From Chrysomallon squamiferum (lineage: Eukaryota > Animalia > Mollusca): 64,000 nt of DNA. Every line of letters starts with the position of its first letter. The first letter of the stretch is position 1. The notes below the pieces were generated by a model. That model was not told where the DNA came from. It did not search any database and saw only the letters and a list, made by a program, of their open reading frames with translations. The stretch is from the NCBI GenBank assembly GCA_012295275.1, contig CM022675.1, positions 1,364,001 through 1,428,000 on the forward strand, written 5' to 3'. Position numbers and translations under genes: made by a program. This document shows, in pieces, positions 33,510 through 46,956 of the stretch.

Positions 33510-33729
33510 TAGTACGAGTAGAATCGCAGCATCATCTCATTAGAGGGCTGGAACGAGCCTGTCAAACAGAACACAGTGTGTGTACAGCATCTGTGTGTGT
33601 GTGTGTGTGTGTGTGTCTGTGTGTGTATGTGTGTGTGTAGTACGAGTAGAATCGCAGCAGCATCTCCTTAGAGAGCTGGAATGAGCCTGTCAAACAGAAC
33701 ACAGTGTGTCTACAGCGTGTGTGTGTGTC

Positions 33730-33793
<64 letters not shown>

Positions 33794-34068
33794 TAGCATA
33801 TGAATTCTCAGCACGCATTTAATTTAGATCTATGGTTAAAGAAACGTAACTTTTGGGACAAATGACAATGTTTTATTGATTCCAATTTCAGAAATTTTAT
33901 GACAAGGGAAATAACTCTATTCATTTAAAAACAATAAAAATAATAAATAAAAGTGGCAACCACAATCTTTTCCAATCATTTAATAAGGGTTAATTTTATA
34001 GTCTTCAGTTTTGTACAGGTTTACTTCATTGTCAGCACCAATACACTATAAACGGTTCATACTCGTTT

Positions 34069-34110
<42 letters not shown>

Positions 34111-35291
34111 ACACATTACCTGCCTATATGAATTACTATTTTAAACATGTTATAATATTTACAGAATAAATTTAGGAGCAAAAAGCGCTAATAAAACTTA
34201 GCTGTGAATTAACAGACATATCTTATCAAAACTGATATTAATGATAATCTAGCTGAATTCAAATAATGAACTCTGTACCCATTCATTAAACAGAAGTTCA
34301 TTCTAACACACTTATTCTACAGTGTGTAATTCTTAACTTCAAGTTTGATAATTGTCTGCTGAACAGGACTGAAGTTGATACATTTATAAATACATGTAAC
34401 ATCTTCCATTGCAATGAATGATTTCTGGTAAATCTTAATATTCCATGCTTTCAAAATGACACTTAGTGATTTAACTTTTCTTTCTTTCTTTCTTTTCTTT
34501 TTTTTATTCTTTCTGTTAATTATTATTATTATCATTATTTATTTATTTCTGTTGTTGTTATTTTCATTGACACTGTCATTGTTATTCTCAATATGGGTTT
34601 TATCACTAGTAGCAGTAGTAGTAGTATTTATATTAATTCTGTATATAACAGGAAAATTTAAAGTGATTTCTCTAACTGGAGAAAGATGTCTGGTATTGTA
34701 TATAAAATATTACCTCTATGTTCTTGAATTGTTGCTAGAAGAATAATTTATACATGAAAATATATAATTAATCATATAAGATCACAATGATACAAATTCA
34801 AAATTGAAAATCAGCAAAGATTTGTTTGTTTTTTAATGATTTTTTTTTTTTTTTAAGGACCTAATTATTTCACAAATTAAAAGTAAAATAGCTGAAATTT
34901 TCAAACACATAAAAACAGATTTAAATTCAGAAACATATCAATGATGTTATCCGTAAATACTGGTAAGGTACTGAAATGGCAGAGTGTGCCGCTTATTATA
35001 ATAATTTATTAATTTATTTATGTTTTAGTTTTTTTTCTCTTTTGAAATTGAAACACTTTTAAGAAATACTTATACCATTCCATACATATATTTAAAAACT
35101 AAAGTTTGAGCAGTTTCCATCATAGATAAAATGAGAAAGATCCCTTACAAGAAAATCATAAATATGTAATACAAGATAATTTCAAACTGATTAAATAGTT
35201 TGATGACAATTTAAGTGTTCAAATAGCAAACTAAACTTAACTATTTCTTAATAAATTATACCTTTTATTACTAACCTCTTTATTATTGCAG

Positions 35292-35348
<57 letters not shown>

Positions 35349-35955
35349 TTTATGTCATTCAAAAACTACCAGTCTATCTTATTATTATTGACAAGTTGAT
35401 AGGTTTTGTTGTTGTTGTTTTGTTTTTGTTTTCTGTCTGACATAAATTTTGCTATTATCATTACATATTATGTAAACTGATATACGAATATTTTAATAGT
35501 GACTGACACAAAAGTATATATTGTTTTTGGAACTTGAACACTTTGGTCAACTTCAAAATTGTATTTTTTATTTATTTTTTTTTTAAATTTTTAATGCACA
35601 CCAATTTGGAGTTACTTGCTTACATATTTCTAAACAAATAAAACAGAATGATAAAACAAATAATACTCTAAGCGATAAAGTTGAAAAATGACAAATATAT
35701 ATATCATAAATCTAGTCAACATTCACGTTACATTGTCGTTAAATTCTGTATTCACAAAATTTTAAATTATGAATTTCAGGAATAGTTACTCATTTCAGTC
35801 TGTGATGAAATAATTTTTTAGTTTAAGTAATAAAATAAATATTTCATTATTCTGCATTTGATGGCAAAGTCAAAGAAGTAAATCTTACCATTTTTAGGAA
35901 GACTTTTTATCACTTTTACCGCACAATCAAATTTTTGTTGTGGACTGACGGCCAT
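23843..35955 (-). CDS. ACBD5: Acyl-CoA-binding domain-containing protein 5 (peroxisomal tail-anchored ER tether)
   Basis: Exons 35955-35889 ([22 protein letters not shown]), 32888-32768 ([41 protein letters not shown]), 32490-32418, 30660-30501, 29872-29675, 29087-28993 (FFAT-like [15 protein letters not shown]), 28155-27786, 26686-~26430 (coiled coil [27 protein letters not shown]; frameshift ~26594 and garbled donor), 25338-25223 ([28 protein letters not shown] tail anchor), 23858-23843. The ACB-FFAT-coiled coil-TM order matches ACBD4/5. Confidence 0.93.
25460..26510. repeat. Degenerate minisatellite carrying copies of the ACBD5 coiled-coil exon donor
   Basis: Units like aaaattactttgactgg(c/t)tgtgtacaggtaaacacagacac; on the minus strand CCAGTCAAA|gtaatttt. 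Confidence 0.8.
26820..27600. repeat. 34-bp minisatellite (~22 copies)
   Basis: ccaa(g/a)ccta(t/c)accatacagtgttagtatgttagt repeated. Confidence 0.95.
28168..28570. repeat. ~28-bp minisatellite abutting the acceptor of ACBD5 exon 7
   Basis: cagttacactgatttatcatttaaactg and sub-units. Confidence 0.9.
28700..28885 (-). mobile_element. Decayed tRNA-derived SINE
   Basis: Minus strand begins gtggaatgtagctcagt (A-box-like) ... gtatcaattcccc (B-box-like), followed by a body ending atgggatggtgcacatgaaatattccttgctgct. From memory this resembles an abundant gastropod SINE; not database-verified. Confidence 0.55.
29088..29410. repeat. 48-bp tandem repeat derived from the ACBD5 exon 6 acceptor junction
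   Basis: tctagataaaaacaaacttcacttgtaagtttagaattcttactgaca, about 7 full or partial copies. Confidence 0.9.
30678..32018. repeat. Homogeneous 35-bp minisatellite (~38 copies)
   Basis: caccagtcattaaattacaactgtcttagaaa(a/c)(g/a)t repeated without spacers. Confidence 0.97.
32195..32412. repeat. ~20-bp minisatellite next to the ACBD5 exon 3 donor
   Basis: ttaaatatgtaaatgttgtg repeated about 10 times. Confidence 0.85.
32892..33795 (-). repeat. Six tandem partial copies of ACBD5 exon 2 (acceptor + first ~53 nt) separated by (CA)n
   Basis: Acceptor ctgtttgacag copies at ~32993, 33130, 33258, 33399, 33559 and 33687, each followed by [18 protein letters not shown]-like coding sequence. Confidence 0.95.
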
Positions 35956-35968
35956 ACTGTTTAATATT

Positions 35969-35978
35969 GTCACGTGAT
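35969..35978. promoter_or_regulatory. CLEAR-like E-box GTCACGTGAT about 14 nt upstream of the ACBD5 ATG
   Basis: Motif seen directly; matches the MiT/TFE/USF consensus GTCACGTGAC at 9/10. Confidence 0.45.
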
Positions 35979-37653
35979 AAAGTGATGGTCTCGATTTATC
36001 AAGAGTTAATCAAAGTATCGGATGATCGAGAAATAGTCTCGATAACAATAACTGTTGCTATGGTATTGTAACGGAGACTAATTATTAAATTTTCTTCATC
36101 TGGTCGAGTAATTAATGTACTCCATCGTTCTGTAACATTAGCACAACACGCTGTTCCATAAATTTCACCATAACAATGGTCATTCAAGTATTCTGCATGT
36201 ATTCTTATGTTCTGTAAATCTAGGAAACAAAAGCAGAATGAGGCTAGATATGCAAAAAAGATGTAAGATGCTGGATTCGGTATATTCAAAGTATTTAATT
36301 AACATGCACTCATAATTAAAATCCTATTTAATATAAAATGTCGATGTCATTACTCTGTGACTGCAAGCGATTGTTTTAAAACCCTCACATATATATTACT
36401 CACACTATATCGGCTGCGTACAGACAATCCCCGACAAAAAAACGCAGTTCCATTTTCAAATAATTATTTATTGACTTTTTTGTTTGATTGTTTGTTGTTG
36501 TTGTTTTTTTTGTTTTTTGTTTGATTTCATTTTTTTTTTTTTTTTTCAGGTACTGAAAATGAATGATTAACTATTTCAGAATGACATATGATAAATGGAC
36601 ACATTTGTATGCAGACAGACATAATCAGACAACTAAAGAAAAAATGGACAGACATAGTTACAGATATACTGATAAACTGACAAACAAACATACAGACAGA
36701 AAAGCAGATAGATGGATAGATAAACTGACAGACGAATGGATGAAGGTAAGGAGACACACATTTATGCTAAATGTTCTGGTTCGAACTGGATCATAAATAT
36801 TTCATTACAATATTGTCTCTTCTGATCCACATTTCTTTTACTGTGCGTTCATCAGTTTAAAAGATTTTATAAAATGGTGTCTGAAACGTTTTTATTTCCA
36901 TTCTCAGCTTTTAATTATTTCCTATATTTTCATGTTTGTTTTTTCTTCCTTTTGCTATTTTTGATTAATTTTTATGCATTTTGTTTTTCTCTTGCATGTG
37001 ACGGTTTCACTAAACCTTTGTGATAGATAATGTCATAAATGACAACAACGTGGCTTAGTTTCACAGTTTGTAATAACGGTGGCCAGACTAAATATTTCAG
37101 TGAAAGCAAATACAAATAAAATGACACACTCGCCAAGTCAAACATGCAGACAAATGTTATGCAGTAATTACTTCTATAAAAACGAAATTAAACCATTTAT
37201 TAAAGTGTACCAAACCCCACCAAGATCGATATAAACAGTAATGAAAATCAGACGAATCTCTCTTCGGTCTTTGTTTCCACACGAATTTGTTTTCTTCTTT
37301 TGTTGTTTAAATACTGAATATCTTTCAAGGGAAGATCGAAGGTAAAAAAATGTAATTTGAAGATAAAATAGTCCGAAACAAAGCTAGAGATTGTTAATTA
37401 ACGCAACCACACAAGAAGCATCGCTAGGATTTTACTTTATTATAAAACATCAATATCAATATCATTATTATTATTATATATTTTTTTCTTTCTTTTCTGA
37501 TAACAGTATATGAGTACATTTTTTTAAAATCCTGCGACATATATCACTGCAGGTTATAATCTGAGATCGTATTGCCAATATGAAAACATTTAGCACACAT
37601 CGTATTCTAGCTAGCTTCTTTTGCTTGTTTTGTTTGAACAACTAAACATCGCT

Positions 37654-37989
37654 ATGGCATTCATCTTTGTAAAACACGTGACTTTAAGACTGGTATTCCT
37701 GCTAGTTACGCAATTTATAAACGTTTCGTCGGAGCCAAGCGTCAGAAGAAATTACTTTGTGATTGTTGGCAATGGCGATGTCAAGTTTCCGGGAAACGTT
37801 GTAACGACGTCGCGAGTTCTTTCACCGATCGACTGCGGCACCAGGTGTCAGGAAATGGACACGTGCACGTCTTTCAACGTGCAGCTCGTCACTGGTCAGT
37901 GTGAACTGCTGACCAATGTCCCTCTCGCGCCGCTGCAAGAGCTGATAGAAACATTAAACTGGAATTATTACGAAAAGGTAATGCTTCTC

Positions 37990-38060
<71 letters not shown>

Positions 38061-38176
38061 AATAATTGCTATGTCTTTTTGTAAGTCCTCTTTGTTTGTC
38101 TGTCTATAGGTCAGTGAATCTATCTATCCCTCTCTGATTAGTTAGGATTGAATATTCTCTGTTTCATTTAACCCAT

Positions 38177-38220
<44 letters not shown>

Positions 38221-39289
38221 AATCAACGAATCAGTTTATCTACCTGTTGATGTAGTATATCTGTATATCTATCATCCACCTCTCTCTGGTTCTGTTAATA
38301 TGTCCCTCCACCGGTCTGTCTGTCTGTCTGTCTGTCTATCTGTCTGTCTGTCTGTCTGCTGTTACAGAGTTGTCAGCTACCGTTACGGATCACCGCAGCT
38401 CGCAGACTGAGCAACTCTCGGCAGATGGTGGTCGCTGACGGCGGGAAGTCTACCTACGTAGCAGTGTTTTCAGAGAACCACGAGCTGCTGTCGTTCACGT
38501 TCAGGAACACAGTCAGCCACGAGACATCTGACGTGTTAAAGTCTGGCTCTGCTATAACCTTCCTCCGTGTCAACAATCGTGAAATCCATCTGTATATATC
38601 AGGTAAATATATTTAATTTATTTATTTGTTTGCTTGTTTGTTTATGTATGTATCTGTTATTACAAATGCATATGCTATAATATAATATAATATAATATAA
38701 TATAATATAATATAATATAATATAATATAATAATAATAATAAAATGTATTTATTTATTTATTATTTATACTGCTGTTAGTTAAGTTTGTGGTAGTTATAA
38801 TGTTAAGAGGATACTGAATGTGACATCGTTCGTACTTTGATTAGTTTGTTTCAGTTGCGATGTTATTAGTACTTGATGATGGTCTCGTTTCTGTTGTTTG
38901 TCTAATGTTGACGTGCATGTTAGTGTTAATGATACCCTTTTACCGATAATAATCTCAGAAACAAACAGACTAATCTACGCGCGCACACGCACACACACAC
39001 ACACACACACACAAACACGAACGAACACATTCAAACGTACACATACACGTACATAATGAGAAATGACGTTGAAACGTGCACCTAGAAAAATAATTTTGAA
39101 ATCTCGCGTTCACTTTGTGCATATATGAATCACAGACATGCGAAGTGGTTCAGAAACAATAACTAAACACAGACAAAATTTGTAAGGAAAGCGACAGAGA
39201 CTTTTAATAAATAAATAAATAAATAAGTAACTAACTTGTTGTTTTTCTATTTTCTTTCCCATTCTTTTTCCTTTCTTTCTTTCTTTCTT

Positions 39290-39343
<54 letters not shown>

Positions 39344-39793
39344 TATTATTTTTTTTTTTTTCGAAAGACAGTGAAATAACCTTCATAATATTTTCATGTT
39401 TTTCCAGAGTCCTTGCTGTACTGTACTGAAGGTGGCGGAGGTTCTATTTTATCCCGATTATGTCCTGGAGCGTGGCCCAAGTCAGTAGTTGACGTGTTTG
39501 GCCAACAGATGGCAGCTTTGATTTCTACAAAGGAACAGGATGGAGTCTGGGCATTTGGAAAGGGCCTCTTAATGAAACTGACCTTGAAGGATAACAAACA
39601 GCTGGAAATTACACAAGTATTTAGTGACGTCACAGGTTTACCACACGGATGGAAAAACATACCTTTAAATATCGTCGCAGCCAGCTGGATGAATGACAAT
39701 TTTACAAAGTCTTTACTGGTTACTAGTACGTATTATGTCATATATGACGTCACAATCGACAGCATCGTTGAAAGAGGACAGATATGTCTGTGA
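37654..39793 (+). CDS. Secreted PAN/apple-domain protein with a hemopexin-like/beta-rich C-terminal region (314 aa)
   Basis: Exons 37654-37977, 38368-38602, 39408-39793, phase-consistent (945 nt). Hydrophobic N-terminus; PAN signature SPIDCGTRCQEMDTCTSFNV..GQCEL..WNYYE; C-terminal GAWPKSVVDVFG and GLPHGW..IVAASW resemble hemopexin repeats. Confidence 0.85.
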
Positions 39794-40025
39794 CGAAACC
39801 GTTATGTTTAATTTCATGTAACTTCTGGCCCATTGTCGTGCTGAAAGCATGTAAAAAAAAAAAAAAAAAAAAAAAATGCGAAATATAATAAAATCTTTTC
39901 GAACTTTTGTTGATCCATGTGTTTCAATTTTTTATTTATTTATTTATTTTTTATTCTTTTTAAAATTTTTTTTAAACTGACGTTAGTAACCATGCAGTAC
40001 TAGAAATCAAAAGAAAAGGTAATGG

Positions 40026-40138
<113 letters not shown>

Positions 40139-40348
40139 GCACCAAAAGAAAAGACGCTCTTCAAAATAAGGAAATTATTATAATAATTAAATTTATAATT
40201 AAATTTTTTGACATTGTTCTGTTATTATTATTATTATTATTAGTATTAGTATATGGTGTGAGCATAAAGAGTTAGTTTAATTAAAGCAAACGGTTTTGAT
40301 AACGCGTGAAAATGATTAAGTGTGGTGTGAGATCCGGCTTTTCACCAA

Positions 40349-40360
40349 GGTCACATGATC
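40349..40360. promoter_or_regulatory. M-box/CLEAR element GGTCACATGATC about 15 nt upstream of the ATP6V1F ATG
   Basis: TCACATGA at 40351-40358 (reverse complement TCATGTGA); V-ATPase subunit genes are established MITF/TFEB targets. Confidence 0.55.
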
Positions 40361-40373
40361 TTACTTGGACAAG

Positions 40374-43300
40374 ATGGCGATTGCAGCAGCGAGAGGGAAG
40401 TTGATCGCAGTCATAGGTGATGAGGTAAAGAAAATATTATATACATAGATATCATTTGCGCCCTACTTAACACACACATGATAATGCTTTAATTTAGTAT
40501 AATAATTTCACTGTGTATAAGCATAATTTGTTATTTCATTCTTTCGAATGTAATTTATGCAGTAAAACTGCACTCGTGATCAAATACTGAAATACTTCAA
40601 ATAGGTAATTACTAAAATACTTAAAAGTTAAATAGGATGATTATCACTATGTGGTATGTGACAAAATTATCAAAAACATTATTTTCCTAAAACATTATAC
40701 ATCATTAGAAAGAGGAAACAAAAACATATTAAAATAATACCAAGATTTCTTTGACAGTACGGAGAAAAAAAAAAAAAAAGTTACGAATTTTTATTGGAAT
40801 AAAATTTACGTGTAATTTTCTTTCATAATCTACCGAGAAAGTTTGATTCGATTTTGTGATTTTGCAACATAAACACAGAATAACTCTTATACTTTGAATC
40901 CAGTATACATGGTTTATAATTATATATAAAAATGAAGCTTTTGGTGAATATCAAAGCTGTACTGTGTACAGTATTTTAAAGCAAGATACTAATATTCATG
41001 CATTTTAATTAATTAACTGATTAAGAGAAGTAATTAGCTCAAATGTATCAAACCCTTTAATGATGAAATTCTCAAAACCTACACAGTAAGTAAACCAATA
41101 CACATAAAGATCATTTCTCAAGACTGATGAATTGTAGGGGCCTTTACATACTCAAGCATTTTACTAACATTCATTTTTCACAGTTCATTAGTGAAAATCT
41201 GCCTTATGCCTTTGTTAACATTTCATAAAAGTTTCAAACAATGAATTATGCCAGAAAATAGATTTTAATAGGTTTGGAACATCATACACACATGATAGAT
41301 ATTCCTTGCATTACACCAGATAAATAATACTCTGTCACTATAAAAATAAACAAAACTTGGAATTTGTAAGACACTGGGCCTGGCTGTGGCCACATCAGTT
41401 TTGTTTGTGTTGTTTGCTGAAAACACTACACATTTTTGTATAAAAAAGTAACTGTCTTGCACCCTAAGTATCTGCAAAATTTGACAGAGTATGTGAGAAG
41501 TGCATAATTTGTAATTTGTATATGATTTAAAGTCTCAAGTAAGCTTACCTTGGACACATGGCGATCATTTTGAAGCAGTAAACTTGTCTGTTGATTCTTC
41601 GTTGTTCATCAAAGATGACATGTCTCAAAATGAATACTTTGATGAAGCTGAATATGTGTGCTGTGTCATGATATTTGTTGTTTTTGAAGTTTGGTAAAAA
41701 TAATGACAAAACAGAAACATGAGTGAGGGAAGCCTCTTGAAGATAAGCAAAAACATGTCACAACAGTCAAGTAACCTGCCAGAGCAGCAACCTTTTGTAA
41801 CAAACATAGATCAAATTAATTATTAACTATTAATATACAATTATACATATAATAAAAATATTATTATAATAAATTACTGTAATAATCTGTGAATCTGGAT
41901 TGTGAAAACTACAGTTTTGAGAACAAAAAGATGTATGGTATTGCGACTGAAAGTGATTTTAATTATTCTTCAAAATGCATACTGTATTACTTTCCCGTGT
42001 AGATTATGTGACAAAATCTTAAAATATTTTATTTTTCTGTAAAATTATATATCATCAGAAACAGTGAAAAAAGACAAACAATTAAAATGACACCAGAATA
42101 TCTTTGACAGCATTTGTATGAAAAAAGTTATACATTTTTTACTGGAATAAAATTTGCTGGAATTTTTCCTTCAGAATTAAAATTGTGAAGACAATGATTC
42201 ATTTCCTTCATTTGACAACATAAACACTGGATATCTCACACAGATTCAAATCAACAGAGACGTGTTGTACATCAAAATAAAGTTTTAGAGGTGTTCCAGA
42301 GCTATGCAGTGTTTTTGAGAATGTTGCCATCATTCATGAATTTTAATTGATTAATTAAGTGCTCTAATTAGCTTAAACATACTATATGCCTAAATTATTT
42401 AATTCCCTAAAACTCCATAGTTACAAAAAGATCAGTTTTCAAGTCTCGTGAATTGTAGAGGTCTTTATATTTTAAAGTATTTTGCTAACATTCATTTTTT
42501 TATTAATTTACCATATGACTTCATTATATAGACATAAAACAAAATTCATAAAAATCTAATTTGCTCAGAACTATCTTCAGAATAAACAAATTTGTCAGGT
42601 AAAAAAAAAAAAAAAAAATTAAAACTGCAATATTATGCCACATGATTGCTAAATGAAACACCAGCCTTTTCAGATAGGTGGCATTGGTATCGCTATGGCT
42701 GCATCATTTGCTGAGAATTTACATACATGCTAGACCAAATATTTGTATGAAATTTAGCAGACTACAAGAGAAATTAATAATTTGTAATTTGTATGTGATT
42801 TGAAGTCACATGACGATCATTTTGAAATGTTAAATTTGTCTGTTCATTCTCCGTTGTTAATCAAAGATCACAAGTCAAGAATTGAATAAGGTGATGAAGC
42901 TGAATATGAATACTGTGCCATGATACTTGTTGTTTCTGATGATATTCAAAAATAATCACAAAAAAGAAACATGTGCCCTTCAAGAAAAGCAGCAATGCAT
43001 CACAAGAACTGGGCAAGAATCTGCTGTATTGCATAGATGGCTTTTGTCACATATCTCTATAGTAATACTGTCTATATAGTATATACGTAATGTAAACACT
43101 GATAAAGAATTAAAGCTTTGATACAGTCTTTTAGCTCGGTAGGTGCACAGACAGGTACTAAATATTTAATAAGGAACAGGAATGACAAACGTGATCAGAT
43201 ATTTGATGAATAATTGATTGATTGATTTTTCAGGACACCTGTACTGGCTTCGTGTTAGGAGGAATAGGAGAACTGAATAAACATCGACATCCAAACTTTC

Positions 43301-46050
43301 TTGTTGTTACAAAAAGTATGTCTAAAATGTGCGCATGCACACGCACACACACACCATAACAACTTTATTGTAGTTACAAAAAAAGAAAAAAAAAGTGAAA
43401 TAAAAAGAAAGTAAAACAGAAACATACAAAACATTTTGTTTGCTACTTCATTCAGTACCTGCCTTAGATTCATTTAAAATAAAATAAAAATGAAAATATT
43501 CATTTATTTTCCTTTCTTAAATGTCTCTCTGTCTGTCTATCTATGTATGAAATATATCTATATCTGTCATCTAATCTGTTGTCTGTTTATATATTTCTCT
43601 TCATTCTGTTATTGTAACAACTGCATCAAGAAATAAATAAATCTTCAAATGATGTAAAGTGGACAATGTTTTTTTATAATACTGTTATATTTTTGTTGCA
43701 TGTGACTTAATTGTTTAAATTTTCTATTTTTAGACACAAGTATTGGAGAGATAGAAGAATGTTTTCGAGGATTTCTCAGTCGAGATGACATTGCAATAAT
43801 TCTGATCAATCAGACGGTAATTTTGTGTTTACTACATAACAGTTCCAGTTTCTGTAAACCATGTTGTTTAAATAAATAAAGAAAGAAGTAAATTTTGATA
43901 TATGAATTCATAGTAGAGAATGTATAAATAAGTAAATAAATAGATACATAGATTAGATGTATAAACAAATAGATAAAACAAAGAAAAAAAATAAAAGTAA
44001 ATAAACAAAACAAACAAAAAAGCAATTAAGTAAAGTTTGATGTATATATGTGTATAAATAAATAAGTAAATAAATAAAAGAAATCTCCCCCAAAAATAAA
44101 AATTGCAGACAAAGATACAAATAAATAAATAAATAAATAAACAAAAATACACAAGGAAATAAATAAATAAACAAATAATAAGTTAATAAATAAATAAACA
44201 AATAAACGGACAAATAAACAGACAAATAAACAAGCAAATAAGAAAATAAAAAAATTAACAATCAAATAATTAAATAAGTTTATAAATAAATAAATAAATA
44301 AGTATATAAATATATAAATAAATAAGTAAATAGACAAATAAATAAATAAATAAGTAGACAGGTAAATAAGTAAGTAAGTAAGTAAATAAACAGAAAAATA
44401 AATAAATAAGTAAATAAAGTTCTGTGTTGCAGGTTGCTGAGATGATTTACGTGATTACGTGTCAGACAAATAAATAAATAAATAAATAGACAGGTAAATA
44501 ACAAAGACTCCATCCTCAGACGAGTAAAAAGTGAGTTTAAATAACAAATTAAAGTGTCATAAAGTTCTGTGTTAAAGGTTAATGAGATGATAAATAAAAT
44601 ACATTCTTACAAAGTGTCTGTCAAAAGTGAGCTGGAAAATACATAAAAATAAAATACATTCCAACAAAGACTCCATCCTCATACAAAAGTGAGTTTAAAT
44701 ACATAAATAAAATACATTCTTAAAGTGACATACAAAAATGAGTTTAAATTTAAAATACATTCTTATAAAGTGTCATACAAAAGTGAGTTTAAATACATTC
44801 AAACAAAATGTCATACAAAAGTGAGTTTAAATACATTCTTACAAATATGTCTGATAAAAAAATGATAAGTTTAAATACATTCTTACAAAGTGTCATACAA
44901 AAGTGAGTTTAAATAACACAAATAAAATACATTTTATAAAGTATATCATGATAAAAGTGAGTTTAAATACATTCTTACAAAGTGTCATGTAAAAGTGAGT
45001 TTATTTACATTCCAAAAAAGTGTCATACAAAAGTGAGTTTAAATACATTCTTACAAAGTCACTATTTTTAGACCAGTGTGAAAGTGAGTTTAAATACATT
45101 CTTACAAAGTGTCAGTTTAAATAACATACCAAATAAAATGCATTCTTATAAAGTGTCATACAAAATGTAGTTAAAATACTTTGATTACAAGGTGTAACAT
45201 ACCTAAAAGTGATTTTTAAATAATTTTAAAATTTGTCATGGACAAAAGTGAGTTTAAATACATTATTTACAAATTCTTGTCATAAACAAAAGTTGAGTTT
45301 TAAATAGGACAAATAAAATACATTCTTATAAAGTCTGCATTCTAGATCAACAGACTGTGGCTTTAAAATGTAATTTTATGTCATTAAATGGAAAAATATC
45401 ATTTTTATTAAAGTTTTGTCATTTAATTTTTAAACTGTGTTTAACGATAAAAATATATTTTGAAAATAAAAATATGTTAACAACATATATTGTAGCAAAA
45501 AAAATAAAATGTACTCTTCAGCAACAAAAAGCATTACCTATTGTATATTAAAATATTGTGATGGAATAGTTTACAAAATATATCCTGATAAAATGACTTA
45601 ATGAACTATAATTGTGATAAAATGTGATAGCAGAATGTATTGTGGCAAAGTGAAATGTTGTAAGTAATCAGTTATGACAAAATGGAATTTTGTAATTAAA
45701 TTTGGGTTATCTGGTGTGTTGTGTATTTGGAATGAGAAAAACAGAAATGTTACACATTTGTCAGCAGTGTCATGAAGAGCACAGTTGAATTATTTTTATT
45801 TTTTTAACCTGTAACATTTATTTTTGTTGTTATGCAATTAACAGATGAACAAAGAAATTTTGTTATTAATATTTATATCATCATCATTATGCTGTTGATT
45901 ATTATAATTATTATTATTCTTAATATTATTATTACCATGCTTATTTTGTTGTTGTTATGATTATTACTTATGTTATTGTTGCTATACTGTTACTGTTGTT
46001 ATTGTTATTGTTAGTTATTGTTATTGTTATTGTTATGATTATGAGTTATG

Positions 46051-46104
<54 letters not shown>

Positions 46105-46138
46105 TCAGGGAATGTTCAGTGCAGAAGATTTCAAATAG
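40374..46138 (+). CDS. ATP6V1F: V-type proton ATPase subunit F
   Basis: Exons 40374-40424 ([17 protein letters not shown]), 43234-43315 ([27 protein letters not shown]), 43734-43816 ([28 protein letters not shown]), ~44433-44530 (scrambled: VAEMI..YVI ... KDSILRR), 46109-46138 (GMFSAEDFK*). Confidence 0.95.
40655..41808. mobile_element. Non-autonomous DNA transposon-like element, copy 1 (ATP6V1F intron 1)
   Basis: Starts tatgtgacaaaa, ends in degenerate ttttgtaacaaacata; colinear similarity along its length with the copy at 42005-43053. Confidence 0.65.
42005..43053. mobile_element. Non-autonomous DNA transposon-like element, copy 2, perfect 12-bp TIR
   Basis: TATGTGACAAAA (42005-42016) ... 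TTTTGTCACATA (43042-43053); no transposase ORF. Confidence 0.75.
44520..45330 (+). repeat. Degenerate ~35-45-bp minisatellite carrying the ATP6V1F exon 4 donor (AAAA|gtgagt)
   Basis: aaaagtgagtttaaatacattcttacaaagtgtcatac units. Confidence 0.8.
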
Positions 46139-46884
46139 AGGGCAGTAACCTGTGTAATGTGGACAGGACTGAATAGACAGTGTTTGTGAAAACTTTTCAC
46201 TAAGTCACACACAGAAATAACTTTTGTTGTGTTTTCAGGTTTCCTGTTGTCAAGTGAACAAATAAATGAATGCACATTTTGTAAACATCCAAGTGATTTC
46301 CAGATGTATTAGTGGCAGAATCTTACAATGTAGGGGTGAAAGGTCATGGGTCATAGGAGGTCATGATGTCTTTACCTATAGCCTAAGAATTCATATTTCC
46401 AAATTCATTAACATGTTAAAATCTTTGTAATGATCTAATTCGTTTTTCATGTCTATCCTTTATTTTTATTCTTCATTTTCTTTGTTTTCATTTTTATTCA
46501 ATTATTTTTGGTTTTGCCTTTCTGGTTTTCAAAAGCATAAAATTAATCAAGGCAAAATATTATCATTCCAACATTTTGGTGAAATTTTTGTTTCAGTTTC
46601 TTACTTCATTGTTAGGAAAGCTTGGTAAATACTATTAATAAAAAAACAGAAGTTTACTTGGATGTACATGTGATGTATTTGAACTGTTTGTTGTTCAGGG
46701 ACCAACAAAGCAGATATACAACACTGCAACACTTGTTAAAACACCCTTTATTTTACTGTCTTACTTTATTGTTAGAAAAGCTTGGTAATTATTATTATAA
46801 AAAAAAAAAAACGAACAGAAATCAACAATGAACAGAAATTTGAAAGAAAATGTGTTGCGTGTTATTATTATTATCATCATCATA

Positions 46885-46956
<72 letters not shown>

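Noticed and set aside
35999-36289. 96-aa minus ORF just upstream of ACBD5
   Set aside because: Starts at TTG, has no recognisable motif or supporting splice structure, and overlaps the expected promoter.
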